The translations under genes were made by a program, and so were the position numbers. A DNA stretch of 64,000 nt, taken from positions 700,427-764,426 of the forward strand of contig CALNYJ010000004.1 in the NCBI GenBank assembly GCA_942490785.1. Direction: 5' to 3'. Under the pieces are notes generated by a model, which had not been told where the DNA came from, searched no databases, and saw only the letters and a program-made list of their open reading frames with translations. The DNA is from an uncultured Gammaproteobacteria bacterium (lineage in GTDB: Bacteria > Pseudomonadota > Gammaproteobacteria > Steroidobacterales > GCA-2729495). This document shows positions 46,504-55,533 of the stretch, piece by piece; position 1 is the first letter of the stretch, and each line of letters opens with the position of its first letter.

Positions 46504-47203
46504 ATGCAGCATGCAGCGGACGGCGTCATAGTTTTTGGGGCTAGCGGGCCGACGGGCGACCTTGGTGTGCCGCAAACTTCGCGCCAAACAGGTCCCGGTT
46601 GCAGCGGTATTGCGATCAGATAACCGGGCGGCGGAGTTCAGCTCGCTGGGCGTTGAGGTGTGCAAGGCCGACGTGATGCAACCCGACGCCCCGAACAAAG
46701 TTCTCGAAACCACTGTAGATAACTATCCTATTTTGTTGAATCTATTGGGCGGAAACCCTTTCAACGACCCGTCGACCTGGCCGGACTATAGAGGCGTGGT
46801 TAACGTCACCAATGCAGCGCTGGCAGCGGGCTGCCAGCGCTACGTGCTGGTCACCAGCGTGGGCACCGGCGAAAGCTGGCGATACGTGCCCGAAACCGAG
46901 GCGTTCCTGACGCCTATCATCCAGCTCAAAGACCGGGCCGAGGCGCATCTCAAGCAAACATCTCTGCAGTGGACCGTGCTCAAGCCCGGCGGCATGGGGC
47001 CACCGGATTACCGGCTGGAACGCGGCGACCCGCTGATCACCGAAAACCACGGCGTAAGAGGCCTGATAGACCGCGAAGATCTTGCGGATGTCATTCTGAG
47101 AGTGCTGGCAGCGAGCCCTGACCGGGTTGTGCACCGCGAGCTGTACGCGGTCGTACAACGGATTGAACAACACGCTGGCAACCCAAAGCCGTTTATTTTA
47201 TAA
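46504..47203 (+). pseudogene. NAD(P)H-binding (NmrA/atypical SDR-like) protein with an apparent frameshift near 46552-46560
   Basis: ATG 46504 opens MQHAADGVIVFGASGPTG (Rossmann GxxGxxG) in one frame. Homology then continues as TLVCRKLRAKQVPVAAVLRSDNR... in the frame of ORF 46535..47203. Neither frame alone encodes a complete domain. Confidence 0.45.
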
Positions 47204-47366
47204 ATTTAAAAACAAGAACTTATCTCATATTCTTAAGTTTGTTGTTGACCTCAATCCTGCTCTGGCCTGAGGCTGGCTCAACATTTTCAGTCAGGGCACC
47301 TTTACCGCGTCCAAACACTGTGCTATGTTCCATCGCACTAACGCGCTATTACATTAATACAACGTC

Positions 47367-47711
47367 ATGAAAGAACACCGTATATACGACCCGGGTCAGG
47401 AAATTGCCGTCGAAGATGAACTCTTCGGCGCCATTTTGCTGCTGCGCAACGTCGACGAATGCCGCGCATTTTTTCAGGATCTTTGCACGCCCGCGGAGCT
47501 GCAGGCCCTTAAGGATCGCTGGATAGTCGCAGAGCTGCTGGCGGACGGCCTCACCTACCGGCAGATACACGATAAAACCGGGGTCAGTGTAACCACGGTC
47601 GGCCGCGTTGCTCGCTGCCTGTCCGAGCCGCCCGCCGGTTATGCGGTGGTTCTCCAGCGCATGGGAAAAATTGACAAGGGAAAAATTGACAAGGAAAAGC
47701 TTAAATCATGA
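47367..47711 (+). CDS. TrpR-like YerC/YecD-family DNA-binding protein
   Basis: 114 aa. FFQDLCTPAELQALKDRWIVAELL..GLTYRQIHDKTGVSVTTVGRVAR is the YerC/YecD (Trp-repressor fold) signature. The stop overlaps the hisG start (ATGA). Confidence 0.7.
   Translation: MKEHRIYDPGQEIAVEDELFGAILLLRNVDECRAFFQDLCTPAELQALKDRWIVAELLADGLTYRQIHDKTGVSVTTVGRVARCLSEPPAGYAVVLQRMGKIDKGKIDKEKLKS
47664..47693 (+). repeat. perfect in-frame tandem duplication, 2 x 15 bp (GGAAAAATTGACAAG), inside the yerC-like 3' end
   Basis: 47664-47678 equals 47679-47693 and encodes GKIDK-GKIDK. Each unit contains TTGACA. Confidence 0.85.
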
Positions 47712-48610
47712 GCCAGCCCCAAGCCCGAATAAAAATTGCCATTCAGAAGTCCGGCCGCCTGACCGAATTGTGCCTGGAACTGCTTCAGCAATGCGGACTG
47801 AAGTATTCCCGCGGGCGTGACCAGCTGATTGGTTTCGGCGAAAACATGCCGGTGGACTTTCTGCTGGTGCGCGACGATGACATCCCCGGTCTGGTGCGTG
47901 ACGACGTATGCGATCTAGGCATTTGCGGGCTCAATGTTCTGGAAGAAAAACGTCTGGAGTACCAGGCGGCCGGCGTGCCCGAACCTTTTAAGATGCTGCA
48001 GCAGCTGGATTTCGGCCACTGCCGACTGGCCTTTGCCTACCCGGAAGGCGGTGAATTAAAAAAGATCGCCGCCATCAAGGGCGAAACCATTGCCACCAGT
48101 TACCCGCTGATTGTTGCGGACTACCTGCAGCGCAACGGCCTGCAAGGCTCAGTGGTGGAATTCAGCGGCGCAGTAGAAATTGCCCCCAGCCTCGGCCGAG
48201 CAGAACTGATCTGCGACCTGGTGTCCAGCGGTGCAACCCTGGCAGCCAATCGCCTGATTGAGGGCGAAACCGTCCTCGAGAGCGTTGCCTGCCTGGTACA
48301 AACGCCCGTGAAAATCCCGGCTGAAAAAACCGAATGGGTTAACAGACTGGTCGAACGCATCGCCGGTGTGCAGCAAGTGCGTGGCAGCAAATACATCATG
48401 ATGCACGCACCGCGCAGCGCGTTAACGCAAATCTCGGCGTTGCTGCCAGGGGCTGAATCGCCCACGGTGCTGCCGCTGGACGCGGTCGACGACAAGGTTG
48501 CTGTGCACGTTGTGTGCCGCGAGAGCATTTTCTGGGAAACACTCGAGCAGTTGAAAGCCGCCGGCGCCAGCTCCATTCTGGTGCTGCCCATTGAGAAAAT
48601 GCTGGCCTGA
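47708..48610 (+). CDS. hisG: ATP phosphoribosyltransferase, long form
   Basis: 300 aa. It has IAIQKSGRL and LVRDDDIPGLV, plus the C-terminal regulatory domain. Confidence 0.9.
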   Translation: MSQPQARIKIAIQKSGRLTELCLELLQQCGLKYSRGRDQLIGFGENMPVDFLLVRDDDIPGLVRDDVCDLGICGLNVLEEKRLEYQAAGVPEPFKMLQQLDFGHCRLAFAYPEGGELKKIAAIKGETIATSYPLIVADYLQRNGLQGSVVEFSGAVEIAPSLGRAELICDLVSSGATLAANRLIEGETVLESVACLVQTPVKIPAEKTEWVNRLVERIAGVQQVRGSKYIMMHAPRSALTQISALLPGAESPTVLPLDAVDDKVAVHVVCRESIFWETLEQLKAAGASSILVLPIEKMLA

Positions 48611-48627
48611 GAAGTCAGACAACGCAC

Positions 48628-49980
48628 ATGAACAAACTTGCCGAACGCTATTACTGGTCAGAACTTACCCCGCAGCAGCGCCGCGATGTGCTGTTGCGCC
48701 CCGCGGTTGCGGCCAGCCCGCAAATCAACGATACGGTGCGCGCATTGCTGAGCAATGTTCGCGAAGGTGGCGACACGGCGTTGCGGGAGCTGACCGCGCG
48801 ATTTGATAAGGCGACGCTGACTGATCTGCGCGTCACCGCGGCTGAATTCGAAACCGCGCGCCAGGCGCTGACCGGGGCGCAGATTGCGGCGATACGGACG
48901 GCAATAGCCAACGTGCGACGCTACCATGAGGCGCAGCTTGCCGAGCCCTATAGCGTCACCACGGCTGTCGGCGTGGTATGTGAACGCATGATCCGGCCGA
49001 TACCCGCAGTCGGGTTGTATGTACCCGCCGGCACAGCGCCGCTGCCCTCCACCGCCATCATGCTGGCCGTGCCGGCAGACATCGCGGGGTGCCCCGTGCG
49101 GGTGCTGTGCACACCGCCGCGCCCGGACGGCAGCGCCGACCCGGCCGTGCTGACCGCCGCGGCCGAGTGCGGCATAACCGAGATCTACAAGATAGGTGGT
49201 GCGCAGGCGGTGGGCGCCATGGCCTATGGCACCGAAAGTGTGCCCAAGGTGGACAAGATTTTCGGTCCGGGCAATGCCTGGGTGACCGCTGCAAAAACGA
49301 TCGTGGCTGCCGACCCGGCCGGTGCTGCGCTGGATATGCCGGCCGGCCCTTCAGAAGTGCTGGTCATCGCCGATGCCACCGCTGACCCTCAGGCGGTTGC
49401 GCTGGACCTGCTCTCGCAGGCGGAACACGGCGTTGATTCTCAGGTCATCCTGGTCACTGACAGCATTGAACTGGCCGATGCCACCGATGCGGAAATTGCG
49501 GCCGCCCTGCCAAGCCTGCCGCGCCGGGACATCATGGAACAGTCACTCGCGCACAGTCGTTGCATGCTGGTAAGCGATATTGATGCAGCGCTCGATGTGT
49601 CCAACGCGTACGCGCCCGAACACCTCATCATGCAGGTGCAGAATGCGCGGCGCTGGCTTGATCGTGTCGACAACGCCGGCTCGATTTTCCTCGGGCCCTA
49701 TACGCCCGAAGCGGTTGGTGATTATTGCAGCGGCACCAACCACGTATTGCCTACGTACGGTTATGCGCGAGCCTACAGCGGTTTATCACTGGCCGATTTT
49801 CAGAAACGCATGTCCGTGCAGGAACTGTCGGCCGACGGGATCCGCGGCCTGCAGCCTACCGTCAGCACGCTGGCCCGACTGGAAGGTCTGGATGCCCACG
49901 CACGCGCGGCCGAAGTGCGCGTGGAGCGGCTGAACGCAGCCGCCAATAGCGCGGCTGACAAGTCGAGTAAGGCGAGTTGA
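48628..49980 (+). CDS. hisD: histidinol dehydrogenase
   Basis: 450 aa with IDMPAGPSEVLVIAD, SQAEHG and NAYAPEHL. Confidence 0.9.
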   Translation: MNKLAERYYWSELTPQQRRDVLLRPAVAASPQINDTVRALLSNVREGGDTALRELTARFDKATLTDLRVTAAEFETARQALTGAQIAAIRTAIANVRRYHEAQLAEPYSVTTAVGVVCERMIRPIPAVGLYVPAGTAPLPSTAIMLAVPADIAGCPVRVLCTPPRPDGSADPAVLTAAAECGITEIYKIGGAQAVGAMAYGTESVPKVDKIFGPGNAWVTAAKTIVAADPAGAALDMPAGPSEVLVIADATADPQAVALDLLSQAEHGVDSQVILVTDSIELADATDAEIAAALPSLPRRDIMEQSLAHSRCMLVSDIDAALDVSNAYAPEHLIMQVQNARRWLDRVDNAGSIFLGPYTPEAVGDYCSGTNHVLPTYGYARAYSGLSLADFQKRMSVQELSADGIRGLQPTVSTLARLEGLDAHARAAEVRVERLNAAANSAADKSSKAS

Positions 49981-51044
49981 ATATGAATTCGGTCATTGAA
50001 CTGGCGCGGCCTGAAATCCAGAAACTGGTGCCCTATGAAGCGGCGAGTTACACAGACGGCCTGGTGCGCCTGAATGCCAACGAAACGCCGTGGCCGGCGC
50101 CCGGCGGCCCTGCCGACTCGCGACTTAACCACTACCCGCCGGAAAAACCGCTGATATTGCGCGATGCACTGGCGAACTATTACGGGATCGACGCGAATAA
50201 ATTGCTGGTGACTCGTGGCAGCAGTGAAGCGATTGATTTGCTGATTCGCTGTTTTTGCGAGGCCGGTCGCGACAGCATTGTGATATGCCCACCGACTTTC
50301 GGCATGTACCGGGTGTATGCCGATATTCAGGGCGCGGGCACACACGCAATACCGCTGCAAGCCGACAACGGCTATGCGCTGAATGCGGATGCCATCGTGC
50401 GCAACTGGCCGGATAACGCCAAGGTGTTGTTTATCTGTTCGCCGAACAACCCCACCGGCAACCGCTTTGACAGCGAGGAAATTGCGCTGATTGCACGTTT
50501 ACTCAGCGGCCGCGCACTGGTGGTGGTGGATGCCGCTTATGCGGAATTTGGTAACGAAGATCCCACACTCGCGTTGCTGTCCTCCGATGAATTCAATAAC
50601 GTCGCGGTACTGCGCACCCTGTCCAAAGCCTTCGGTCTTGCCGGTGCACGCTGCGGCGCGCTGCTCGGCGCCCCCGAACTGGTCAGCATGGTCGGCTGCG
50701 TGATGCCGCCGTACTCGTTTCCCACCCCGGTTATTGAAGCCGTCATGGCCTGCCTGGTCCCGGAAGCGCGAGCCGAAGTGGCGCGCCGCGTAGCGACGCT
50801 GCGTGAGGAACGCGAAAGACTGGCGCTTGCGCTGGAGAACTTGCCCGGCGTCGAACAAGTGTATCCGTCGGAGGCCAACTTTCTGCTGGTGCGCGCCACG
50901 GATCCGGCACGTTTCAGCGAACTGGCAAAACAAGGCGGCATACTGGTGCGCAACTTTGGCTGGCAAGTACCCGGCTGCCTGCGAATCACCATCGGCACCC
51001 GCGAGCAAAACGATCAGCTGATAAACAGTCTGGAATCACTATGA
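49977..51044 (+). CDS. hisC: histidinol-phosphate aminotransferase
   Basis: 355 aa with RLNANETP, NPNNPTGN and LRTLSKAFGLAGARCG. Confidence 0.9.
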   Translation: MNMNSVIELARPEIQKLVPYEAASYTDGLVRLNANETPWPAPGGPADSRLNHYPPEKPLILRDALANYYGIDANKLLVTRGSSEAIDLLIRCFCEAGRDSIVICPPTFGMYRVYADIQGAGTHAIPLQADNGYALNADAIVRNWPDNAKVLFICSPNNPTGNRFDSEEIALIARLLSGRALVVVDAAYAEFGNEDPTLALLSSDEFNNVAVLRTLSKAFGLAGARCGALLGAPELVSMVGCVMPPYSFPTPVIEAVMACLVPEARAEVARRVATLREERERLALALENLPGVEQVYPSEANFLLVRATDPARFSELAKQGGILVRNFGWQVPGCLRITIGTREQNDQLINSLESL

Positions 51045-51054
51045 GCTTAACAAC

Positions 51055-52128
51055 ATGAGCACTGCCCTTCGCATAGCCTTCGTCGACCGGGACGGCACCC
51101 TCGTTAAGGAACCTGCCGACCAGCAGGTTGACCGGCTGGATAAGATCAAACTGGTGCCCGGAGTCATCCCCGCGCTGTTGCGGCTGCGCGAGGCCGGCTT
51201 CAGGCTCGTCATGGTCTCGAATCAGGACGGTCGCGGCACTGACAGTTTTCCCGAACATGATTATTTGCAGACACAGAATTTTATTCTGGAGCTGTTCGCC
51301 TCACAGGGGCTCACGTTTGACGAGATTTTTATCTGTCCGCATTTTGACAGCGACGGTTGCAACTGTCGCAAACCCCTGCCGGGTCTGCTAGGTGACTTCT
51401 TCCAGCGCGTTAACGTGGATCGTGCCGGTAGCCTGGTGGCAGGCGATCGCGATACGGATATGGAGTTTGCTCGCAACATCAGCGTACCCGGTTTTAAGGT
51501 CGATCCTGAAGACAGCGACAGCTGGAACCGGATCGTGCGCGAGGTGCTGGATCAGCCGCGCACGGCCACGGTGATCCGTAAAACCAAAGAGACCGATATT
51601 GCTGTTACGGTCGATCTCGATGCCAGTGACCCGATTGAAATCGATACCGGGATCGGCTTTTTTGATCACATGCTGGATCAGATCGCGCGGCACGGCGGCT
51701 TCTCCTTGGCACTAAACTGCAAAGGTGACCTTGGCGTGGATGAGCACCACACCGTTGAGGACGTCGCTCTCGCTCTGGGCGAGGCGCTTAGAACTGCTCT
51801 CGGCGACAAGCGCGGCATTGGCCGCTTCGGGTTCTTGCTGCCCATGGATGAAACTCAGGCACAGATTGCGCTGGACATCGGCGGCCGACCGTATGCGGTG
51901 TTCGAGGGTGAATTCGCGCGGCACGAGGTCGGCAGCCTGCCCACCGAACTGGTTCCGCATTTCTTCCGCTCGCTTGGCGAAACGCTCGGCGCATCTATAC
52001 ATATCAAGGTTACCGGCGAGAACACACACCACATGGTCGAAGCCTGTTTTAAGGGTGTGGGCCGCGCGCTGCGCGGTGCGCTCGAACGTCGCGGTAACGA
52101 TTTGCCGAGCACTAAGGGATCACTCTAG
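51055..52128 (+). CDS. hisB: bifunctional histidinol-phosphatase / imidazoleglycerol-phosphate dehydratase
   Basis: 357 aa. An N-terminal HAD domain (FVDRDGTL) is followed by IGPD motifs (DEHHTVEDVALALG, GENTHHMVEA). Confidence 0.9.
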   Translation: MSTALRIAFVDRDGTLVKEPADQQVDRLDKIKLVPGVIPALLRLREAGFRLVMVSNQDGRGTDSFPEHDYLQTQNFILELFASQGLTFDEIFICPHFDSDGCNCRKPLPGLLGDFFQRVNVDRAGSLVAGDRDTDMEFARNISVPGFKVDPEDSDSWNRIVREVLDQPRTATVIRKTKETDIAVTVDLDASDPIEIDTGIGFFDHMLDQIARHGGFSLALNCKGDLGVDEHHTVEDVALALGEALRTALGDKRGIGRFGFLLPMDETQAQIALDIGGRPYAVFEGEFARHEVGSLPTELVPHFFRSLGETLGASIHIKVTGENTHHMVEACFKGVGRALRGALERRGNDLPSTKGSL

Positions 52129-52151
52129 GGTCGCCGGTCAGGAAACGGTTC

Positions 52152-52763
52152 ATGTCTGCAGCCTCAACAACAGTCGCCATTATTGACAGTGGCGGTGCCA
52201 ACATAGCCTCGCTGCAGTTCGCGCTGCAACGGCTGGGCGCGCACCCGTTGCTGACCAGCGACCACGACATCATTCGCAAAGCGGACCGGGTCATTCTTCC
52301 AGGTGTAGGCGCGGCCCGTGCGGCCATGACCCGGCTGCATGAAAAAGGTCTGGATACGCTGGTGCCGACGCTGACTCAACCTTTGCTGGGAATTTGTCTG
52401 GGCATGCAGCTGCTGTTTGACGGGTCGGATGAGGACGACACCGACTGCCTCGGCATTATCGAAGGTCGGGCCCGCCTGTTTGAAGCCGCGCCCGACCGAC
52501 CGGTCCCCCACATGGGCTGGAACCGGGTTGAAAAAACCCGCAACGCCCGGCTGCTGGACGGCATACCTGACGGCGCGTATTTTTACTTCGTGCACAGTTA
52601 CGCAGTCGATCCGGTGGCCACCACCACCGGCAGCACAGACTACGGTCGCGTGTTTACATCGGTGGTGCGCAAAGGCAATTTCATGGGCACACAGTTTCAC
52701 CCTGAACGGTCGGGCGAGAATGGCGCACGACTGCTACAGAATTTTTTACACCTTGTGGATTAA
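52152..52763 (+). CDS. hisH: imidazole glycerol phosphate synthase, glutaminase subunit
   Basis: 203 aa with LPGVGA, GICLGMQ and QFHPE. Confidence 0.9.
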   Translation: MSAASTTVAIIDSGGANIASLQFALQRLGAHPLLTSDHDIIRKADRVILPGVGAARAAMTRLHEKGLDTLVPTLTQPLLGICLGMQLLFDGSDEDDTDCLGIIEGRARLFEAAPDRPVPHMGWNRVEKTRNARLLDGIPDGAYFYFVHSYAVDPVATTTGSTDYGRVFTSVVRKGNFMGTQFHPERSGENGARLLQNFLHLVD

Positions 52764-52768
52764 TTAAC

Positions 52769-53509
52769 GTGGAAATTATCCCCGCTATTGACCTGCTGGG
52801 CGGAAAAGTTGTCCGGCTTTACAAAGGTGACTTCAATCAGGTCACCGAGTATCCGGATTCCCCCGCAGACGTTGCGCGGCGCTACAATCGTGCCGGCATT
52901 AATTCGCTGCACGTGGTCGATCTTGACGGTGCGCGCACCGGTACTGCGGCTCATCTGGATGTCATTACTGAAATTACATCCACGGTGGGTATGGCCGTGC
53001 AGGTCGGTGGCGGCATCCGCCAGATCGAGCAGGCACGGGCCATTATTGCAGCGGGTGCAGAGCGCGTTGTGGTCGGCTCTACTGCCGCCCAGGATCCGGA
53101 TACGGTAATCGGCTGGTTTGGTGAACTCGGCCCGGACTGCGTGGTTGTGGGAGTGGACGTCACCATAGAACCCGATGCCGATCCCGTCGTGCAGACGCAC
53201 GGCTGGACAGAAAGCAGCAACCAGACGCTGTGGTCCCTGATGGACAAATTCATGGATGCCGGTGCGTACAATTTTTTGTGCACCGATATCTCCAGGGACG
53301 GCACCCTCGAAGGTCCGAATATGGAACTCTATGCGGAGTGCACTCGCCGTTACCCCAAAGCGCGCGTCATCGCCTCGGGCGGTCTGAGTTCTGCGGCCGA
53401 GTTACCGGCACTGAAAGCGACCGGGGTCACCAGCGTAGTGACCGGTAAAGCGCTGCTTGACGGGCGGCTGACGCTTGAGGAGATAGAACAATTCTTGCAA
53501 AGCGAATAA
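52769..53509 (+). CDS. hisA: 1-(5-phosphoribosyl)-5-[(5-phosphoribosylamino)methylideneamino]imidazole-4-carboxamide isomerase
   Basis: 246 aa. [23 protein letters not shown] start. Confidence 0.9.
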   Translation: MEIIPAIDLLGGKVVRLYKGDFNQVTEYPDSPADVARRYNRAGINSLHVVDLDGARTGTAAHLDVITEITSTVGMAVQVGGGIRQIEQARAIIAAGAERVVVGSTAAQDPDTVIGWFGELGPDCVVVGVDVTIEPDADPVVQTHGWTESSNQTLWSLMDKFMDAGAYNFLCTDISRDGTLEGPNMELYAECTRRYPKARVIASGGLSSAAELPALKATGVTSVVTGKALLDGRLTLEEIEQFLQSE

Positions 53510-54261
53510 TCCCCTGCCTGGATGTGCGCGACGGCAAGGTCGTCAAGGGTGTGCAGTTTCGCAATCACGAGGTGGTGGGCGACATACTGGCGCTGGCTGA
53601 ACGCTACCGGAATGAAGGCGCCGATGAACTGGTGTTTTATGACATCACGGCGAGTCCGGAAGGCCGCTCGGTTGATCGCAGCTGGATTAACCGTGTCGCC
53701 GAAGTGCTCGATATACCGTTCTGCGTAGCAGGCGGCATCCGCACTTTACAGGATGCCGAAGAGGTGCTGAATTTTGGCGCAGACAAAATTTCGATCAACA
53801 GTCCCGCCCTCGCCCGCCCCGAATTAATTTCCGAACTTGCACGGCGTTTTGGCTCGCAGTGCGTGGTCGTCGGCATCGACAGCCGCGCTGAGGACGGCGT
53901 CTATCGCGTCTACCAGAACACCGGCGACCCTGACAAAACCAGCCATGCGGGCCGTGAAACCGTCGCCTGGGTTAAGGAAGCGGAGCAACGCGGTGCCGGC
54001 GAGTTTGTCCTCAATTGCATGAATCAGGACGGCGTGCGTCAGGGCTATGACCTGCAACAACTTGCGCTGGTGCGTGAAAATTGCACGGTGCCGCTGATTG
54101 CCTCGGGCGGCGCGGGCGCGCCGGAACATTTCAGCGCCGTGTTTGAGCAGGCGCACGTGGACGGCGCACTCGCGGCCAGCGTCTTCCACAAACAAATCAT
54201 AGAAATCGGCGCGCTGAAGAAATACCTGCAAGAACACCATATCGAGGTTAGATTATCGTGA
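53491..54261 (+). CDS. hisF: imidazole glycerol phosphate synthase, cyclase subunit; probable ATT start
   Basis: The frame of ORF 53524..54261 extends upstream as (I)[11 protein letters not shown], the conserved HisF N-terminus including the catalytic Asp. There is an in-frame TGA at 53476 and no ATG/GTG/TTG before 53524. GAGGAG lies 8 nt upstream of ATT 53491. Confidence 0.8.
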   Translation: MLAKRIIPCLDVRDGKVVKGVQFRNHEVVGDILALAERYRNEGADELVFYDITASPEGRSVDRSWINRVAEVLDIPFCVAGGIRTLQDAEEVLNFGADKISINSPALARPELISELARRFGSQCVVVGIDSRAEDGVYRVYQNTGDPDKTSHAGRETVAWVKEAEQRGAGEFVLNCMNQDGVRQGYDLQQLALVRENCTVPLIASGGAGAPEHFSAVFEQAHVDGALAASVFHKQIIEIGALKKYLQEHHIEVRLS

Positions 54262-54554
54262 GTACAACCGACATTGCTTTCATTAACGAACTCGAAAGCA
54301 TCATCCGTTCGCGGCGCACCGCCTCGGCCGATCAGAGCTACACCAAAACCCTGTTTAACAGGGGCACGCCTTTTATCGCGCAGAAGGTTGGCGAGGAAGC
54401 CGTCGAACTTGCCATCGCCGCTGTGCAGGGCGATCGCGCGCAGACCATCGCGGAAGCCTCCGATCTGGTTTATCACCTGCTGGTATTACTGGAGGCAAAC
54501 GAACTTTCCCTGACCGATGTCGCCGCAGAACTGTCGGCACGCCACGGCAATTAA
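54258..54554 (+). CDS. hisE: phosphoribosyl-ATP pyrophosphohydrolase (stand-alone HisE)
   Basis: 98 aa with SYTKTLF...[13 protein letters not shown]...[16 protein letters not shown] start overlapping the hisF stop. Confidence 0.8.
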   Translation: MSTTDIAFINELESIIRSRRTASADQSYTKTLFNRGTPFIAQKVGEEAVELAIAAVQGDRAQTIAEASDLVYHLLVLLEANELSLTDVAAELSARHGN

Positions 54555-54572
54555 TAACTATAAGGACTCTTC

Positions 54573-55511
54573 ATGTTTCGCAATGTACGCTTTTACCGCG
54601 TAAGCAGCCCCTGGCCGGAATCCGAACAGGAACTGTCGGATATCCTGATCAAAAACTCATTCATACCCTGCGGCCCGTTAACCGAGCGCCGCTCGGGATG
54701 GGAATCACCGGCCAACGATGACCAACAACTTTGCCGCCGCGTGGGCGGTGCCGACCTGCTGCAGATGCGCACCCAAAGCCGCCTGCTGCCTGCCGCAGCC
54801 ATTCAGGAAGCGCTGGTTGATCGCGTTGACGAGTACCGCCAGCGCATGGCACAGGAGCCATCACGGCGGGTCCTGCGGCGACTGAAAGAAGAAACCCGCG
54901 ATGAGCTGCTGCCCAAATCACTGCTCAAATCCGAGCGGATTAACGGCTTTTTTATACTGTCTGAACGCCTGCTCGGAATTGATGCCGCCAGCGAAAACAA
55001 GGCGGAACGCTTTCTCGACCTGCTGCGCGCAAGTTTCCAGGATTTCAGTTTTACGCCGCTGGCGTTCAATACCCCCCCGGGCGATCTGCTGACAGCCCTG
55101 TTTCTCGGTGACTCGCTGCAGGGTTTCGAGCTCGCGGACGAGTGCCGAATGCAGGATCTCAGCGAGCAAAAGTCCGTTGCGATCTGGCGACACGCTCATC
55201 TCGCGGATTCGGCTATACGCCAACACGTGATAGACGGCATGCAACTCACCCATCTGGGTATCGAGTACAACGATATCTTTCGCTGCGTGATCAGCGCAGA
55301 AGGCCATATCAGCAAAATCAAGTTTGGCGAATTGGAAGCGGCTGACGTAAGCGACGATGAGGATCCGCTGGCATTGCTGGACGCGCGCTTTGTATTGCTG
55401 ACCGGCACCCTGCGGGAACTGGTAAAGGACCTGAAAGAAAAACTGGGTGGCTATGCGTCGGCACAATCCAGCGGCAAAGCAGCCAAAGCGGAACAGGCCA
55501 ATGCCGCGTGA
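54573..55511 (+). CDS. rdgC: recombination-associated protein RdgC
   Basis: 312 aa. MFRNVRFYRV... and the overall layout are typical of RdgC. Confidence 0.8.
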   Translation: MFRNVRFYRVSSPWPESEQELSDILIKNSFIPCGPLTERRSGWESPANDDQQLCRRVGGADLLQMRTQSRLLPAAAIQEALVDRVDEYRQRMAQEPSRRVLRRLKEETRDELLPKSLLKSERINGFFILSERLLGIDAASENKAERFLDLLRASFQDFSFTPLAFNTPPGDLLTALFLGDSLQGFELADECRMQDLSEQKSVAIWRHAHLADSAIRQHVIDGMQLTHLGIEYNDIFRCVISAEGHISKIKFGELEAADVSDDEDPLALLDARFVLLTGTLRELVKDLKEKLGGYASAQSSGKAAKAEQANAA

Positions 55512-55533
55512 CGGTGGTGTGACGCAACTGAAT

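Noticed and set aside
47204-47366. A histidine-codon leader peptide or attenuator upstream of the his cluster.
   Set aside because: I see no run of CAC/CAT codons and no terminator-like hairpin followed by a T-tract in this interval.
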